Counted from the first letter of the stretch, positions 1-7,902 are shown. The stretch is 33,534 nt of DNA from Nitrospirota bacterium (GCA_015485235.1 WFTX01000073.1:1-33534); one strand, 5' to 3'. Notes: generated by a model not told the origin, from the sequence alone. Made by a program: numbers and translations.

Positions 1-1287
1 ATATTCGGAAATTCTGCATTAATGTATCATTTAACAAATGTCCTCCTGCATTCTCTGAATTCCATTATGGTTTTTTTGCTAACGAGTTTTATTTTTCGCA
101 GGTTTTTCAATGACTCTCGAACGGTATACCCTTTGATGGCTTCTTTTTTGTTTGCAATACATCCTGTTCATGCTGAAGCTGTTCTTTGGATATCTGCTGT
201 TGGAGAACTGTGTATGACTTTTCTGGTGCTCCTTTCTTTTTATTTATACATTAAAACCGAAAGTGGGGGATTCATAAAAAGCATTCTCTCTGCCCTTTGT
301 TTCCTGGCAGCACTTCTGTTTAAACTGACAGCACTTACGCTTCTTCCCCTTCTCATGATCTATGATATATTACTAAGATATGCTTCATTAAAGTCATGGT
401 TAAAACATCTCAGGCAACTATCCACCTCTTATCTTCTATTTATGGTTGTGTTGATATCATTTGTTGTCTTGCGTTACTATGCGATAGGAGGTTTTGTTCC
501 TGTCCTAACAAAATCGTCATATGATATCTTCTCTGTTTTATTGAATGCCGCTGTACTTTTAAGCCAGTATTTCTTGATGCTTGTTTACCCACATAGTCTG
601 AATATAATTCATGTGTTTCATCCTGTAAGGGGCCTGTTAGATTTCAATGCAGTATTCGGCTTAGCCGCTATTTTTTTATTCGGTATATTGTTGTTTTTTT
701 CAAGAAAAAACAGACCGCTATTTTTTTTCCTTCTGTGGATATTTTTCCCTCTTTTGCCTGTGCTTTATTATCCGGCATTTGTGAATGACTATGTGTTTGC
801 AGAAAGATATCTATATTTACCTTCGGTCGGATTTTTTGTTGTAGTAGCCATTGTTTTTAACGTATTTTCACACAGATTGCATCGGTTATATGCGTTTGCT
901 GGATATGGTATTTTACTTGTCTTCTCCATATATTCTTTATATACCACGATCACAAGAGTTCCTGTATGGCGCAATGATTTTACATTATGGACGGATACCC
1001 TGAAGAAATCTCCTGATAGTTTTACTGCTCATAATAACATTGGTATTATTTATCTGGAAAGGGGGGAATTTATAGAGGCTGAAAAGCACTTTAAAGAAGC
1101 CATTGCCCTCTTCCCAAACTTTGCCGAAGCATATGTGAATCTGGGTAATGTGTTTTACAAACAGGGGATGTTTGATAGAGCACAGAATGCCTATGAAACC
1201 GCATTGTTGATTGTGCCAGGCTACAAGGATGCAATTTATAACCTTTCATTGGTAAGGATGTTGTATGAGAAGCAACAAAGCAATTGA
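1..1287 (+). CDS. 5'-truncated polytopic membrane protein, GT-C / TMTC-like (PMT-type, DUF1736-like) glycosyltransferase with C-terminal TPR repeats
   Basis: Frame 1 is open from base 1 (IFGNSAL precedes the first Met at 22), so the gene runs off the window. It has about 10 hydrophobic helices and the HPVHAEAVLWISA motif typical of TMTC/PMT-like enzymes. Three TPR units follow (NNIGIIYLERGEFIEAEKHFKEAIALFPNFAEAYVNLGNVFYKQGMFDRAQNAYETALLIVPGY). Stop codon at 1285-1287. Confidence 0.8.
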   Translation: MFGNSALMYHLTNVLLHSLNSIMVFLLTSFIFRRFFNDSRTVYPLMASFLFAIHPVHAEAVLWISAVGELCMTFLVLLSFYLYIKTESGGFIKSILSALCFLAALLFKLTALTLLPLLMIYDILLRYASLKSWLKHLRQLSTSYLLFMVVLISFVVLRYYAIGGFVPVLTKSSYDIFSVLLNAAVLLSQYFLMLVYPHSLNIIHVFHPVRGLLDFNAVFGLAAIFLFGILLFFSRKNRPLFFFLLWIFFPLLPVLYYPAFVNDYVFAERYLYLPSVGFFVVVAIVFNVFSHRLHRLYAFAGYGILLVFSIYSLYTTITRVPVWRNDFTLWTDTLKKSPDSFTAHNNIGIIYLERGEFIEAEKHFKEAIALFPNFAEAYVNLGNVFYKQGMFDRAQNAYETALLIVPGYKDAIYNLSLVRMLYEKQQSN

Positions 1288-1373
1288 CTTAAGTGAATAC
1301 ACCTGCAATGGTATGCACTAATTGAATGATGAGAGAGCGTATTCCATTGCTGCAAAATTGCTCAGGATTTTTT

Positions 1374-1382
1374 TGCTATAAT
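1374..1382 (+). promoter_or_regulatory. possible extended -10 sigma-70 promoter (TGcTATAAT) for the FGE-like gene
   Basis: tgctataat at 1374-1382, about 90 nt upstream of the ATG at 1470. No convincing -35 box. Motif match only. Confidence 0.3.
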
Positions 1383-1469
1383 GATATTAGTTTGAATTTG
1401 TTCGGGAGGCTGTCAAGTGAACACGGAAGCGTCTAAACCGAAATCTATATCAATTAAGGGTATGCTTAC

Positions 1470-2405
1470 ATGCGATTAATTCAGAGTCTCCATCTACTAT
1501 TACTTTATTCTACAAGCTATTTATTTTCAGCAACTCGTATGGTTTTTTTCTTAGCCATAATCTTGCTCTTCACGTGTCCATCATACTCTGCTATTACAAA
1601 GATCTCCGGCAAGGATGGCATAGAGATGGTTCTTGTCCCTGAAGGCCCGTTTTACATGGGTAGCGAGGGAGAGAACTTCCCGGAAGATGAAAAACCAAGG
1701 CATGAGGTCTATATCAAGGCATTTTATATGGATAGATATGAGGTGACAAACAGGTCCTTCTCCGAGTTCCTTAACAGAGTGATCGCAGGTGGAGAGGGCG
1801 AAAAAAAGAGAAGAGAATGGGTGGTGATCAGAAACGACCTGGATACCACTGAAAGAGCAAACTGGTTCCCCACCGAGATAGAGTTTCGAGAGGGTAAGTA
1901 CCTTCCAATTCGAGGATATGAAGATTCCCCGGTAATAACCGTTTCGTGGTATGCTGCTGAAGCGTATTGCAAATGGGCAGGGGAGAGGTTGCCGACAGAG
2001 GCTGAATGGGAGAAGGCCGCAAGGGGAGGGCTCAGGTATCGTGATTTTCCATGGGGTAACCAGGTCCCGACCCTTGAAAGCGGGGTGGTCTTCGGGAGAG
2101 TCTGGAATGACAATACCATGCCGGCGCCGGTAAACAGGGTGGGGAATTACCCTCCCAACGGGTACGGTATATACGATATGGCAGGGAATGTTCAGGAGTG
2201 GTGCGCTGACTGGTATATGCCGGATTACTATAAAAGTTCACCCTACCGGAACCCGACCGGCCCTGTTAAGGGGATCCTTAAAGTCATGCGTGGAGGCTCC
2301 TGGCTTTCAGTCCCCGGGGGGCTGAGGGTCGGCGCCAGGTATGCCGTAAAGCCCTCAGCCCTGTTTAATACTAACGGGTTCAGATGTGTGAAAGAAGCAG
2401 AATGA
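1470..2405 (+). CDS. formylglycine-generating enzyme (SUMF1/FGE-sulfatase, DUF323) family protein, secreted
   Basis: Family signatures are seen: RYEVTNRSFSEFL, VSWYAAEAYCKWAGERLPTEAEWEKAARGG, GNVQEWCADWY, MRGGSW and GFRCV. N-terminal hydrophobic signal present. AAGGG lies about 12 nt before the ATG at 1470. An alternative start is at 1539. Confidence 0.85.
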   Translation: MRLIQSLHLLLLYSTSYLFSATRMVFFLAIILLFTCPSYSAITKISGKDGIEMVLVPEGPFYMGSEGENFPEDEKPRHEVYIKAFYMDRYEVTNRSFSEFLNRVIAGGEGEKKRREWVVIRNDLDTTERANWFPTEIEFREGKYLPIRGYEDSPVITVSWYAAEAYCKWAGERLPTEAEWEKAARGGLRYRDFPWGNQVPTLESGVVFGRVWNDNTMPAPVNRVGNYPPNGYGIYDMAGNVQEWCADWYMPDYYKSSPYRNPTGPVKGILKVMRGGSWLSVPGGLRVGARYAVKPSALFNTNGFRCVKEAE

Positions 2406-3413
2406 TTAACGGATATTGACTATGCGCTCCGGTATGGGGCGTTGCCTGTTGACTTTGTTCTTTGCAAGATAATGCGTGAGCCTTTCAGAGTCAAGCCTTC
2501 CATCACTTTTCACGAGAGAAAGAGCGGTAGAAAAAGATATATCCGATGGGGACAGCGATACGAGATCTGCAATCATATAAGACGGAGCAAAGTCGATCTT
2601 CTTCCTGAGCTTTCTGTAGAAGGCACTTACGCATCTGCCGTAGTATGAGCCTCCAACCAGAATGCTCTCAGGCATTACAGCTTGTAGAAAACTTACAAGC
2701 CTTTTCATATCACTCTTTCTGAGCTTCCCGCTGTTCATGCTCCTTGAATACACATAAAGTACAGAGCCGGACTCGTTTGTCACCTCGTTGAGAAATCTTG
2801 TATATTCATCTCGGGGGAACCTGAATGCATAACGGTCAGAATCCTGGTAATGAGCGGGGAGGACAAGAATTATGAGTTTCTGCTGGGTGGACTTGACTTC
2901 AATGAAGTCCCGCATCACCTTTTCCTGTGCCTGCATGAGTGAGATCTTCGGGAAAACCACGCTTTCAGAGATGAAGCGTTCCAAGTAATTCAGTCTCCAG
3001 TCCTCTCCGCCGCCAGGTTTTCCTTCATATTCAAAAAAGGTGAAAAAGGCAGGATGGACGATTATGTACAACCGGCCCCTGTCGAGATAATCACGGTACC
3101 GTTTATACTCTTTTTCACTGATGTCTCCAAGGGCCCGTATCTTCAGTTTCCTGTATGCTTCCTCTATCCATTGAGGGGAGTCCTCAGTCTCCCTGTTCCT
3201 GCGGTTCACTTCATAAAGGGTGTAGTCCATCACCTCTGTAGTCAGACCGTCCTGTGCAGGAAAGGGGTTTTCAACCTGCTTAACGGGAAGGGAAGAGCAG
3301 GAGAGCATAATGCTTCCCCACAGTATCACGGACAGAACTCTTACAATGGCGGCCAGGATCATTATGGTTATTTTATACTGAAAGTATGCCGGAATGGAAT
3401 TAGAACTGTACAT
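2406..3413 (-). CDS. hypothetical lipoprotein / membrane-anchored protein of unknown function; start uncertain
   Basis: The ORF is open up to 3638, but 3405-3640 is a copy of the intergenic repeat family, so the first ~75-92 codons are probably not coding. Internal Mets at 3413 and 3362 precede a signal peptide with a lipobox (ILAAIVRVLSVILWGSIMLSC|SS). No family recognised. Its stop abuts the stop of the convergent FGE-like gene (2405/2406). Confidence 0.65.
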   Translation of the reverse strand: MYSSNSIPAYFQYKITIMILAAIVRVLSVILWGSIMLSCSSLPVKQVENPFPAQDGLTTEVMDYTLYEVNRRNRETEDSPQWIEEAYRKLKIRALGDISEKEYKRYRDYLDRGRLYIIVHPAFFTFFEYEGKPGGGEDWRLNYLERFISESVVFPKISLMQAQEKVMRDFIEVKSTQQKLIILVLPAHYQDSDRYAFRFPRDEYTRFLNEVTNESGSVLYVYSRSMNSGKLRKSDMKRLVSFLQAVMPESILVGGSYYGRCVSAFYRKLRKKIDFAPSYMIADLVSLSPSDISFSTALSLVKSDGRLDSERLTHYLAKNKVNRQRPIPERIVNIR

Positions 3414-3640
3414 ATCGAAGATACCCTGCGGTCTTGCCGCAGGGTTCTTCTTTTTTTCTCTTTTTTCAAACCCCTTCGAATCTGTGAATATCTGTGTTCC
3501 ATTCTTTAGGGTAACAGACAGGTTAAGGCTGAGTCTCGGAGAACGCTGTGTTGGTCCGTGTCCGTCAGTTTTCTGATGTTTTATTGTCACTGTGTTACTG
3601 TGTCTTGACCCCAAAACCACGGAATCCTTTATAATCATTA
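3405..3640 (-). repeat. intergenic modular repeat, copy A (CCCTGCGG hairpin module + GGTTAAGG module + CAGTG module)
   Basis: The reverse complement of 3430-3450 is identical (21/21) to 10846-10866. gacaggttaaggctgag at 3517-3533 matches gacaggttaagg at 13841 and 13907. The CAGTG/CTGTG-rich stretch at 3560-3610 resembles 13916-13960 and 17545-17590. A perfect 9-bp hairpin pairs accctgcgg with ccgcagggt at 3423-3445. Confidence 0.75.
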
Positions 3641-3734
3641 TGGAATGGCTATGCTGTTACAGTTGAAAACCATGAGTTTTTAACACCCAAACTGAGCGAT
3701 TCTTTCAGGAATGGCATATAATGGCATATAAGGA

Positions 3735-3902
3735 GGCAGAGGGGTAAGGGGTCCGAACGGGTTTGATCATCACGCCTCACCCGGATGGTGAGGCGTGATG
3801 ATCGCCTCGGAGACGGGGCCCCCGAAAAGTCGAAGACTTTTTGGGGTATATGGGGCATGGAGGCCCTTCGAGAATGAGGTGAAGGCCCCATATCCCTCTG
3901 CC
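3735..3902. other. 168-nt compound multi-hairpin element (closing helix plus three internal hairpins) in the divergent intergenic region; candidate structured RNA or palindromic element of unknown class
   Basis: The closing helix pairs ggcagaggg (3735-3743) with ccctctgcc (3894-3902). Hairpin 1 is a perfect 17-bp stem at 3765-3781/3787-3803 with loop cggat. Hairpin 2 is a 12-bp stem at 3820-3831/3835-3846 with one G-U and loop gaa. Hairpin 3 pairs atatggggc (3848-3856) with gccccatat (3885-3893). All pairings were checked by hand. Confidence 0.5.
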
Positions 3903-3964
3903 CGTGCGGTAAAATCGCTCAATTCAGGTAACAATCTGTTTTTTATAACCCCTCGCAGGGAGGT

Positions 3965-5155
3965 ATGATGAGACATTCAGTTTTTGGTGTATTGTTGAGC
4001 TGCTTGGTCTTTGTATGGACAGCCTCTATGGTTGTCACTCCCGTGGATGCCCAGGAGGTGGACTGTCTCCAGTGCCACCCTGACCTGAAGGAGCATAAGG
4101 TTATCCACCCCGCCCTTGAGATGGGCTGCACTGCCTGCCATGTCGGACTTGATGTGAGTGACATTCCCCATAAAGTTACAAACGGTGTAACGAAGGGGCT
4201 GATGGCCGAGCCGCCTGATCTATGCTACAACTGCCATGACCAGGGGATGTTCGAGAAGAAATCGAGGCATCCTGCCCTGGATATGGGGTGTACTACCTGC
4301 CATAACCCCCACTCCTCGGATAATGAAAAAATGCTCATGAATTCTCCTCCAGACCTCTGTTACAACTGTCACGATCAGGGGATGTTCACCAAGAAGTATG
4401 TCCACCCCGCCCTTGAGATGGGCTGCACGACTTGTCATAACCCTCACAGCTCCGATGCAGAGGGGCGGATGCTTGTTTCAGATCCTCCGGACCTCTGCTT
4501 CAACTGTCATGACCAGTCGAAGTTTTCAGGTGAGGGGACAATCCATCCACCTGTGGCTGCCGGTATGTGCACTTCCTGCCACAGCCCACACTCTGAGGAC
4601 CGGGAAAAACTCCTGCTGAGTGAACCCCCGGGGCTCTGTTTCAACTGTCACGCCAAGACAAAATTTGAAGGTGCAGTGGTCCATACACCTGTTCAGATAG
4701 GGATGTGCACGACCTGCCACAATCCCCACAAATCAAAGAACGGGAAACTGCTTCAGTCTCCTCTTCCGGACCTGTGCTACAACTGTCATGACAAGGCAGA
4801 ATTTACAAAAAAAGAGATACATCCGCCCGTGGCCGCAGGGATGTGTACTGAATGTCATCAGCCCCATGCTGGTAGTGAAATAAAACTTTTAAAGAACAGG
4901 CCCATAAGGGTCTGCCTCAAATGTCACAGAGGTTTGTTGAGAAAGCCCCATGCAATCATGGCCTTTTCCCGTACAGGTGGACATCCTGTTGGAGATGTCA
5001 GAAAGAAGAAAAAACCCGTTGTTGATCCGAAGCGGCCTGGAAGGGAATTCTACTGCGGCAGTTGCCACAATCCCCATAGCTCCGACTGGGGAAGGCTCTT
5101 CCGTTACAGGGCAGATTCGACCATGGCTCTTTGTCCATACTGTCATAATTACTGA
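3965..5155 (+). CDS. multihaem c-type cytochrome, 15 CXXCH motifs (doubled-CXXCH / cytochrome c7-c3-like repeat units), Sec signal peptide
   Basis: I counted 15 CXXCH motifs by hand. A ~40-aa unit recurs: PPDLC(Y/F)NCHD-x(10-14)-HP-x(5-6)-G(M)CTxCH(N/S)PH. The N-terminal signal is MMRHSVFGVLLSCLVFVWTASMVVTPVDA|Q. GGGAGG lies just upstream, so the ATG at 3968 is an equally good start. Confidence 0.93.
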   Translation: MMRHSVFGVLLSCLVFVWTASMVVTPVDAQEVDCLQCHPDLKEHKVIHPALEMGCTACHVGLDVSDIPHKVTNGVTKGLMAEPPDLCYNCHDQGMFEKKSRHPALDMGCTTCHNPHSSDNEKMLMNSPPDLCYNCHDQGMFTKKYVHPALEMGCTTCHNPHSSDAEGRMLVSDPPDLCFNCHDQSKFSGEGTIHPPVAAGMCTSCHSPHSEDREKLLLSEPPGLCFNCHAKTKFEGAVVHTPVQIGMCTTCHNPHKSKNGKLLQSPLPDLCYNCHDKAEFTKKEIHPPVAAGMCTECHQPHAGSEIKLLKNRPIRVCLKCHRGLLRKPHAIMAFSRTGGHPVGDVRKKKKPVVDPKRPGREFYCGSCHNPHSSDWGRLFRYRADSTMALCPYCHNY

Positions 5156-5213
5156 TGGTGGAATGTTTTTTGCTTTAATCTTTATTAGGGTAATATGTGA
5201 GGAAGGAGAAGAA

Positions 5214-6236
5214 ATGATGAATACGTTTAAAGGAGCCATTATGTCAGCACTTTTGGTGCTTAGTGCAATCTTTCTGTTTGTCTCCTGTGCTACACCACCT
5301 GAACGGATTGAAGAGAGTGAGTATGTCTGGCCCCTTCCGCCCGAGAAACCAAGGGTGAGATACGTGAAGAGCCTCTGGGGTGAGGAGGATGTCAGGAAGT
5401 CGGCTCCATCAGATTTCATAGTCGGCAAGGACCCTTCCACAGACCTCTTCAAACCCTATGGTCTGGCAACTGATTACTCTGGACGCATCTTTGTTACTGA
5501 TACTGTGAGAAGGGTGGTGTTTGTTTTTGATGAATTGATGGGGGATCTGAAGTTCCTGGGACTTCATGATCTGCCGCTTGGTGTTCCTGCTGATGTGGTT
5601 GTTGATCAGAAGGAGAGGGTCTTTGTGTCTGACGCAGGGAGGGACAGAATAGTTGTATTTGATCTGGATGACCGGATCCTCAATCAATTTGGACAAGGTG
5701 TGCTTGATAATCCTGCCGGAATGGCGATTGACGAGGGTCGCCAGAGACTCTATGTTGTATCAACTCATACCCACTCAGTTGAAGTGTTTTCCCTTGAGGG
5801 GAAACATCTTTTCAGATTTGGCGGGCATGGTGCAGGTCCCGGGCAGTTCAACTATCCCATGGACATAGCTGTAGGCCCGACAGGTGATCTCTATGTGGTG
5901 GACAGTGCCAACTTCAGGGTGCAGATTTTCACAAGTGAAGGTGATTATGTCAGGGAGTTTGGTACTCTTGGAACAGGGCCCGGACAGTTCTCAAGACCTA
6001 AAGGGATTGCTGTTGATCAGGCAGGAAGGATATTTGTCACCGACGCCTCGTTCAACAACTTCCAGATATTCAACGATATGGGGCAGCTCCTTCTCTTTGT
6101 CGGGACGGGCGGGGTTACAGGCCCGGGCGAGTTCTCACTTCCAGCGGACATCGAGGTGGACGGCCAGGGGAGAATATACGTAGCAGATCAGCTCAACAGA
6201 AGGGTTCAGGTCTTTGAAATGATCAGGGATAAATAA
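5214..6236 (+). CDS. NHL-repeat (six-bladed beta-propeller) lipoprotein, paralog 1
   Basis: The listed ORF starts at 4950 and overlaps the cytochrome gene. AAGGAG lies 6 nt before the ATG at 5214, which gives a lipoprotein signal (MMNTFKGAIMSALLVLSAIFLFVSC|A). NHL repeats recur, for example GPGQFNYPMDIAVGPTGDLYVVDSANFRVQIF, GPGQFSRPKGIAVDQAGRIFVTD and GPGEFSLPADIEVDGQGRIYVAD. The VWPLPPEKPRV motif follows the lipobox. Confidence 0.9.
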   Translation: MMNTFKGAIMSALLVLSAIFLFVSCATPPERIEESEYVWPLPPEKPRVRYVKSLWGEEDVRKSAPSDFIVGKDPSTDLFKPYGLATDYSGRIFVTDTVRRVVFVFDELMGDLKFLGLHDLPLGVPADVVVDQKERVFVSDAGRDRIVVFDLDDRILNQFGQGVLDNPAGMAIDEGRQRLYVVSTHTHSVEVFSLEGKHLFRFGGHGAGPGQFNYPMDIAVGPTGDLYVVDSANFRVQIFTSEGDYVREFGTLGTGPGQFSRPKGIAVDQAGRIFVTDASFNNFQIFNDMGQLLLFVGTGGVTGPGEFSLPADIEVDGQGRIYVADQLNRRVQVFEMIRDK

Positions 6237-6270
6237 AATCCTAAATTCTAAACACTAAGCCCTAAACAAA
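6236..6270 (-). repeat. left inverted arm (GATTTAGG-type module, reverse orientation) flanking four-helix-bundle gene 1
   Basis: aaatcctaaattctaaacactaagccctaaacaaa can pair with 6664-6698 at 28 Watson-Crick pairs plus 1 G-U over 35 positions (hand alignment). Confidence 0.7.
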
Positions 6271-6275
6271 TACAA

Positions 6276-6629
6276 ATGAGCAGAAATTCAAAACAGTATG
6301 ATCTGGAGGAGAGAACATTCATCTTTGCAAAAGAAGTAATCGACCTGGTAGATGATGTATCAAAAAGCCTGGTTAACCTGGAGATTGGTAAGCAACTTGT
6401 CCGTGCTGCTGGTTCTGTAGGTGCAAATCATATTGAAGCGAATGAATCTTTGAGCAAGAAGGATTTTATAATGCGGATAAAGATATGCAGGAAGGAATCC
6501 AAGGAGTCAAGATACTGGTTGAATTTGCTTAAATATAGGGATGGAATGGATGGCCGGAGGGATGCCCTTATTCAGGAAGCTACAGAACTGATGAAGATAT
6601 TTGGCGCCATCCTGGAGAAAAGCAAATAA
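6276..6629 (+). CDS. four-helix-bundle protein (TIGR02436 / Pfam 23S_rRNA_IVP family; Avd-like)
   Basis: 117 aa. Family-typical layout: FEERxFxFAxxV-like N-terminus (YDLEERTFIFAKEVIDLV), QLVRAAGSVGANHIEANES, FIMRIKICRKESKESRYWLNLL. Confidence 0.88.
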   Translation: MSRNSKQYDLEERTFIFAKEVIDLVDDVSKSLVNLEIGKQLVRAAGSVGANHIEANESLSKKDFIMRIKICRKESKESRYWLNLLKYRDGMDGRRDALIQEATELMKIFGAILEKSK

Positions 6630-6639
6630 TCTGCACAAA

Positions 6640-6698
6640 TTGTTTTGAGATTTGAATTTTGGAATTGTTTAGGATTTAGTAATTAGAAATTAGAATTT
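6640..6698 (+). repeat. GATTTAGG-type module (M4) copy; right inverted arm of four-helix-bundle cassette 1
   Basis: ttgttttgagatttgaattttggaattgtttaggatttagtaattagaaattagaattt is colinear with 13967-14027, 16613-16671 and 17588-17627. It ends about 8 nt before the AGGAGG of the next gene. Confidence 0.75.
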
Positions 6699-6719
6699 AA
6701 ACAACAGGAGGTTGATAAA

Positions 6720-7799
6720 GTGAATAGAATAATGATACTGCTTATGTCCTTTCCCGTTGTCTTTGCCCTGCTCCTTACAGGTTGTGTCTCCCAGCAGAAA
6801 GAGGTAAAGAAAAAAACGGAACCTTTGAAGGAGATTGTCTGGCCTCCCCCCCCTGAAAAACCAAGGGTGAAATGGGTGGCCCAGTACAGGGGAAGCGACG
6901 ATGTCGAGCAGGGACCGGATGTGTTGAAGTTTCTTGGAGAGCAGAGGATTGTACGACTCAGACGGCCTCAGGGAATAGTAGCTGACAGGGATGGAAATAT
7001 ATATGTCTCGGATATTGCAACTCCTCCAAGAGTGTTTGTTTTTGATTTCAAGAACAATAAATTCAGGGTGTTTGGCAGAAAGGGTATAATGAAGTTAAAG
7101 ATTCCACTGGGACTTGCAATTGACAATGACAGGAGGCTTCTTTTTGTTGCTGACAACGGCCACAAGGCCGTAATTGCCCTGGATATAGATTCTGATTCCA
7201 TTAAGTTCGTTATAGACAGTCAAAGGGGTGGTTTTAAAAATCCCAACTCGGTGGCAGTCGATCCTCAAAGAAAGCGCATATATGTCTCTGACTCGAAACT
7301 CCATGTTGTCAAAGCGTTTAGCTATGATGGCAATCTTCTTTTTACTATCGGAAAGGGAAAGCGGACAACAGATGATGATGGTTTTAACGTTCCAGCCTCC
7401 GTTTCTGTTGACAGAGAAGGAAATGTGTACGTCGCCGATATGTTCAACAGATATATAAAAATCTTTGACTCCAATGGCCAATTTGTCAAAAAAATAGGTT
7501 ATGGTGTTGGTACGGGACTCGGGAACTTTTCCAAACTCGTTGGAGTTGCAGTTGACTCGGAAGGACATATATATGGACTGGATACTGACTTCTGTAATTT
7601 CCAGATCTTTGATCAGGATAATAACTTTCTTCTTTTCGTAGGAGAGCCCGGGACCAGGGTCGGCAAGTTTCTGCTGCCAAAGCGGATTTACATAGATGAG
7701 AACGACATGATTTATGTAAGTGATACCTTTAATCACAGGATTCAGGTTCTTCAGTATCTCAGAGACGAAAGCAGTAAAAATAGGTCAGGACAGCAATGA
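6720..7799 (+). CDS. NHL-repeat lipoprotein, paralog 2
   Basis: GTG start with AGGAGG 8 nt upstream. The signal and lipobox read MNRIMILLMSFPVVFALLLTGC|V. The VWPPPPEKPRV motif is present. NHL repeats include PQGIVADRDGNIYVSD, PNSVAVDPQRKRIYVSD, PASVSVDREGNVYVADMFNRYIKIF and LVGVAVDSEGHIYGLD. Confidence 0.9.
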   Translation: MNRIMILLMSFPVVFALLLTGCVSQQKEVKKKTEPLKEIVWPPPPEKPRVKWVAQYRGSDDVEQGPDVLKFLGEQRIVRLRRPQGIVADRDGNIYVSDIATPPRVFVFDFKNNKFRVFGRKGIMKLKIPLGLAIDNDRRLLFVADNGHKAVIALDIDSDSIKFVIDSQRGGFKNPNSVAVDPQRKRIYVSDSKLHVVKAFSYDGNLLFTIGKGKRTTDDDGFNVPASVSVDREGNVYVADMFNRYIKIFDSNGQFVKKIGYGVGTGLGNFSKLVGVAVDSEGHIYGLDTDFCNFQIFDQDNNFLLFVGEPGTRVGKFLLPKRIYIDENDMIYVSDTFNHRIQVLQYLRDESSKNRSGQQ

Positions 7800-7886
7800 A
7801 AGCATGAACCGTATAAGAAGCAGATTACGAAGTGTTCAGTGTAACCCGTGTTTTTTCCCTGTAACTGTTTCCATAGTTCAATCTAC

Positions 7887-7902
7887 TGTGTGAAAACACA
7901 CA
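7887..7902. promoter_or_regulatory. palindrome TGTGTG-AAAA-CACACA, possible activator site upstream of the sigma-54 promoter at 8054
   Basis: Perfect 6+4+6 palindrome about 150 bp upstream of the -24 element. Position fits an enhancer-binding-protein UAS, but this is a motif-only call. Confidence 0.3.

Noticed and set aside
2403-2408. Zero-spacer convergent stop codons (TGA at 2403-2405 on plus, TAA at 2406-2408 on minus) as a possible shared regulatory feature
   Set aside because: No hairpin or terminator can fit between them. This is most simply a compact convergent gene pair, and nothing further is testable from the sequence.
3711-3730. Sigma-54 promoter in the tandem ATGGCATATA repeat (TGGCAT...GGCA)
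   Set aside because: The second GC falls one position too early (GG-N9-GC instead of GG-N10-GC) and there is no TTGC -12 element.
3650-3964. GEMM-I (c-di-GMP/cGAMP) riboswitch in the leader of the 15-haem cytochrome gene
   Set aside because: The conserved GEMM-I cores and the GNRA tetraloop/receptor arrangement are not present on either strand. The structure is reported only as an element of unknown class.
4950-5213. N-terminal extensions of listed ORFs (4950-5213 overlapping the cytochrome gene; 8110-8169; 19696-19752; 14030-14044; 16678-16692)
   Set aside because: In each case an internal ATG with a canonical Shine-Dalgarno sequence is directly followed by a signal peptide. The extensions overlap upstream genes or lack any ribosome-binding site.
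6276-6629. Diversity-generating retroelement (DGR), because the two four-helix-bundle proteins (also 15030-15395) belong to the Avd family
   Set aside because: No reverse transcriptase ORF appears anywhere in the window. I could find no template/variable repeat pair with adenine-specific mismatches. The neighbouring NHL and cytochrome genes lack the C-type-lectin-type variable C-termini.
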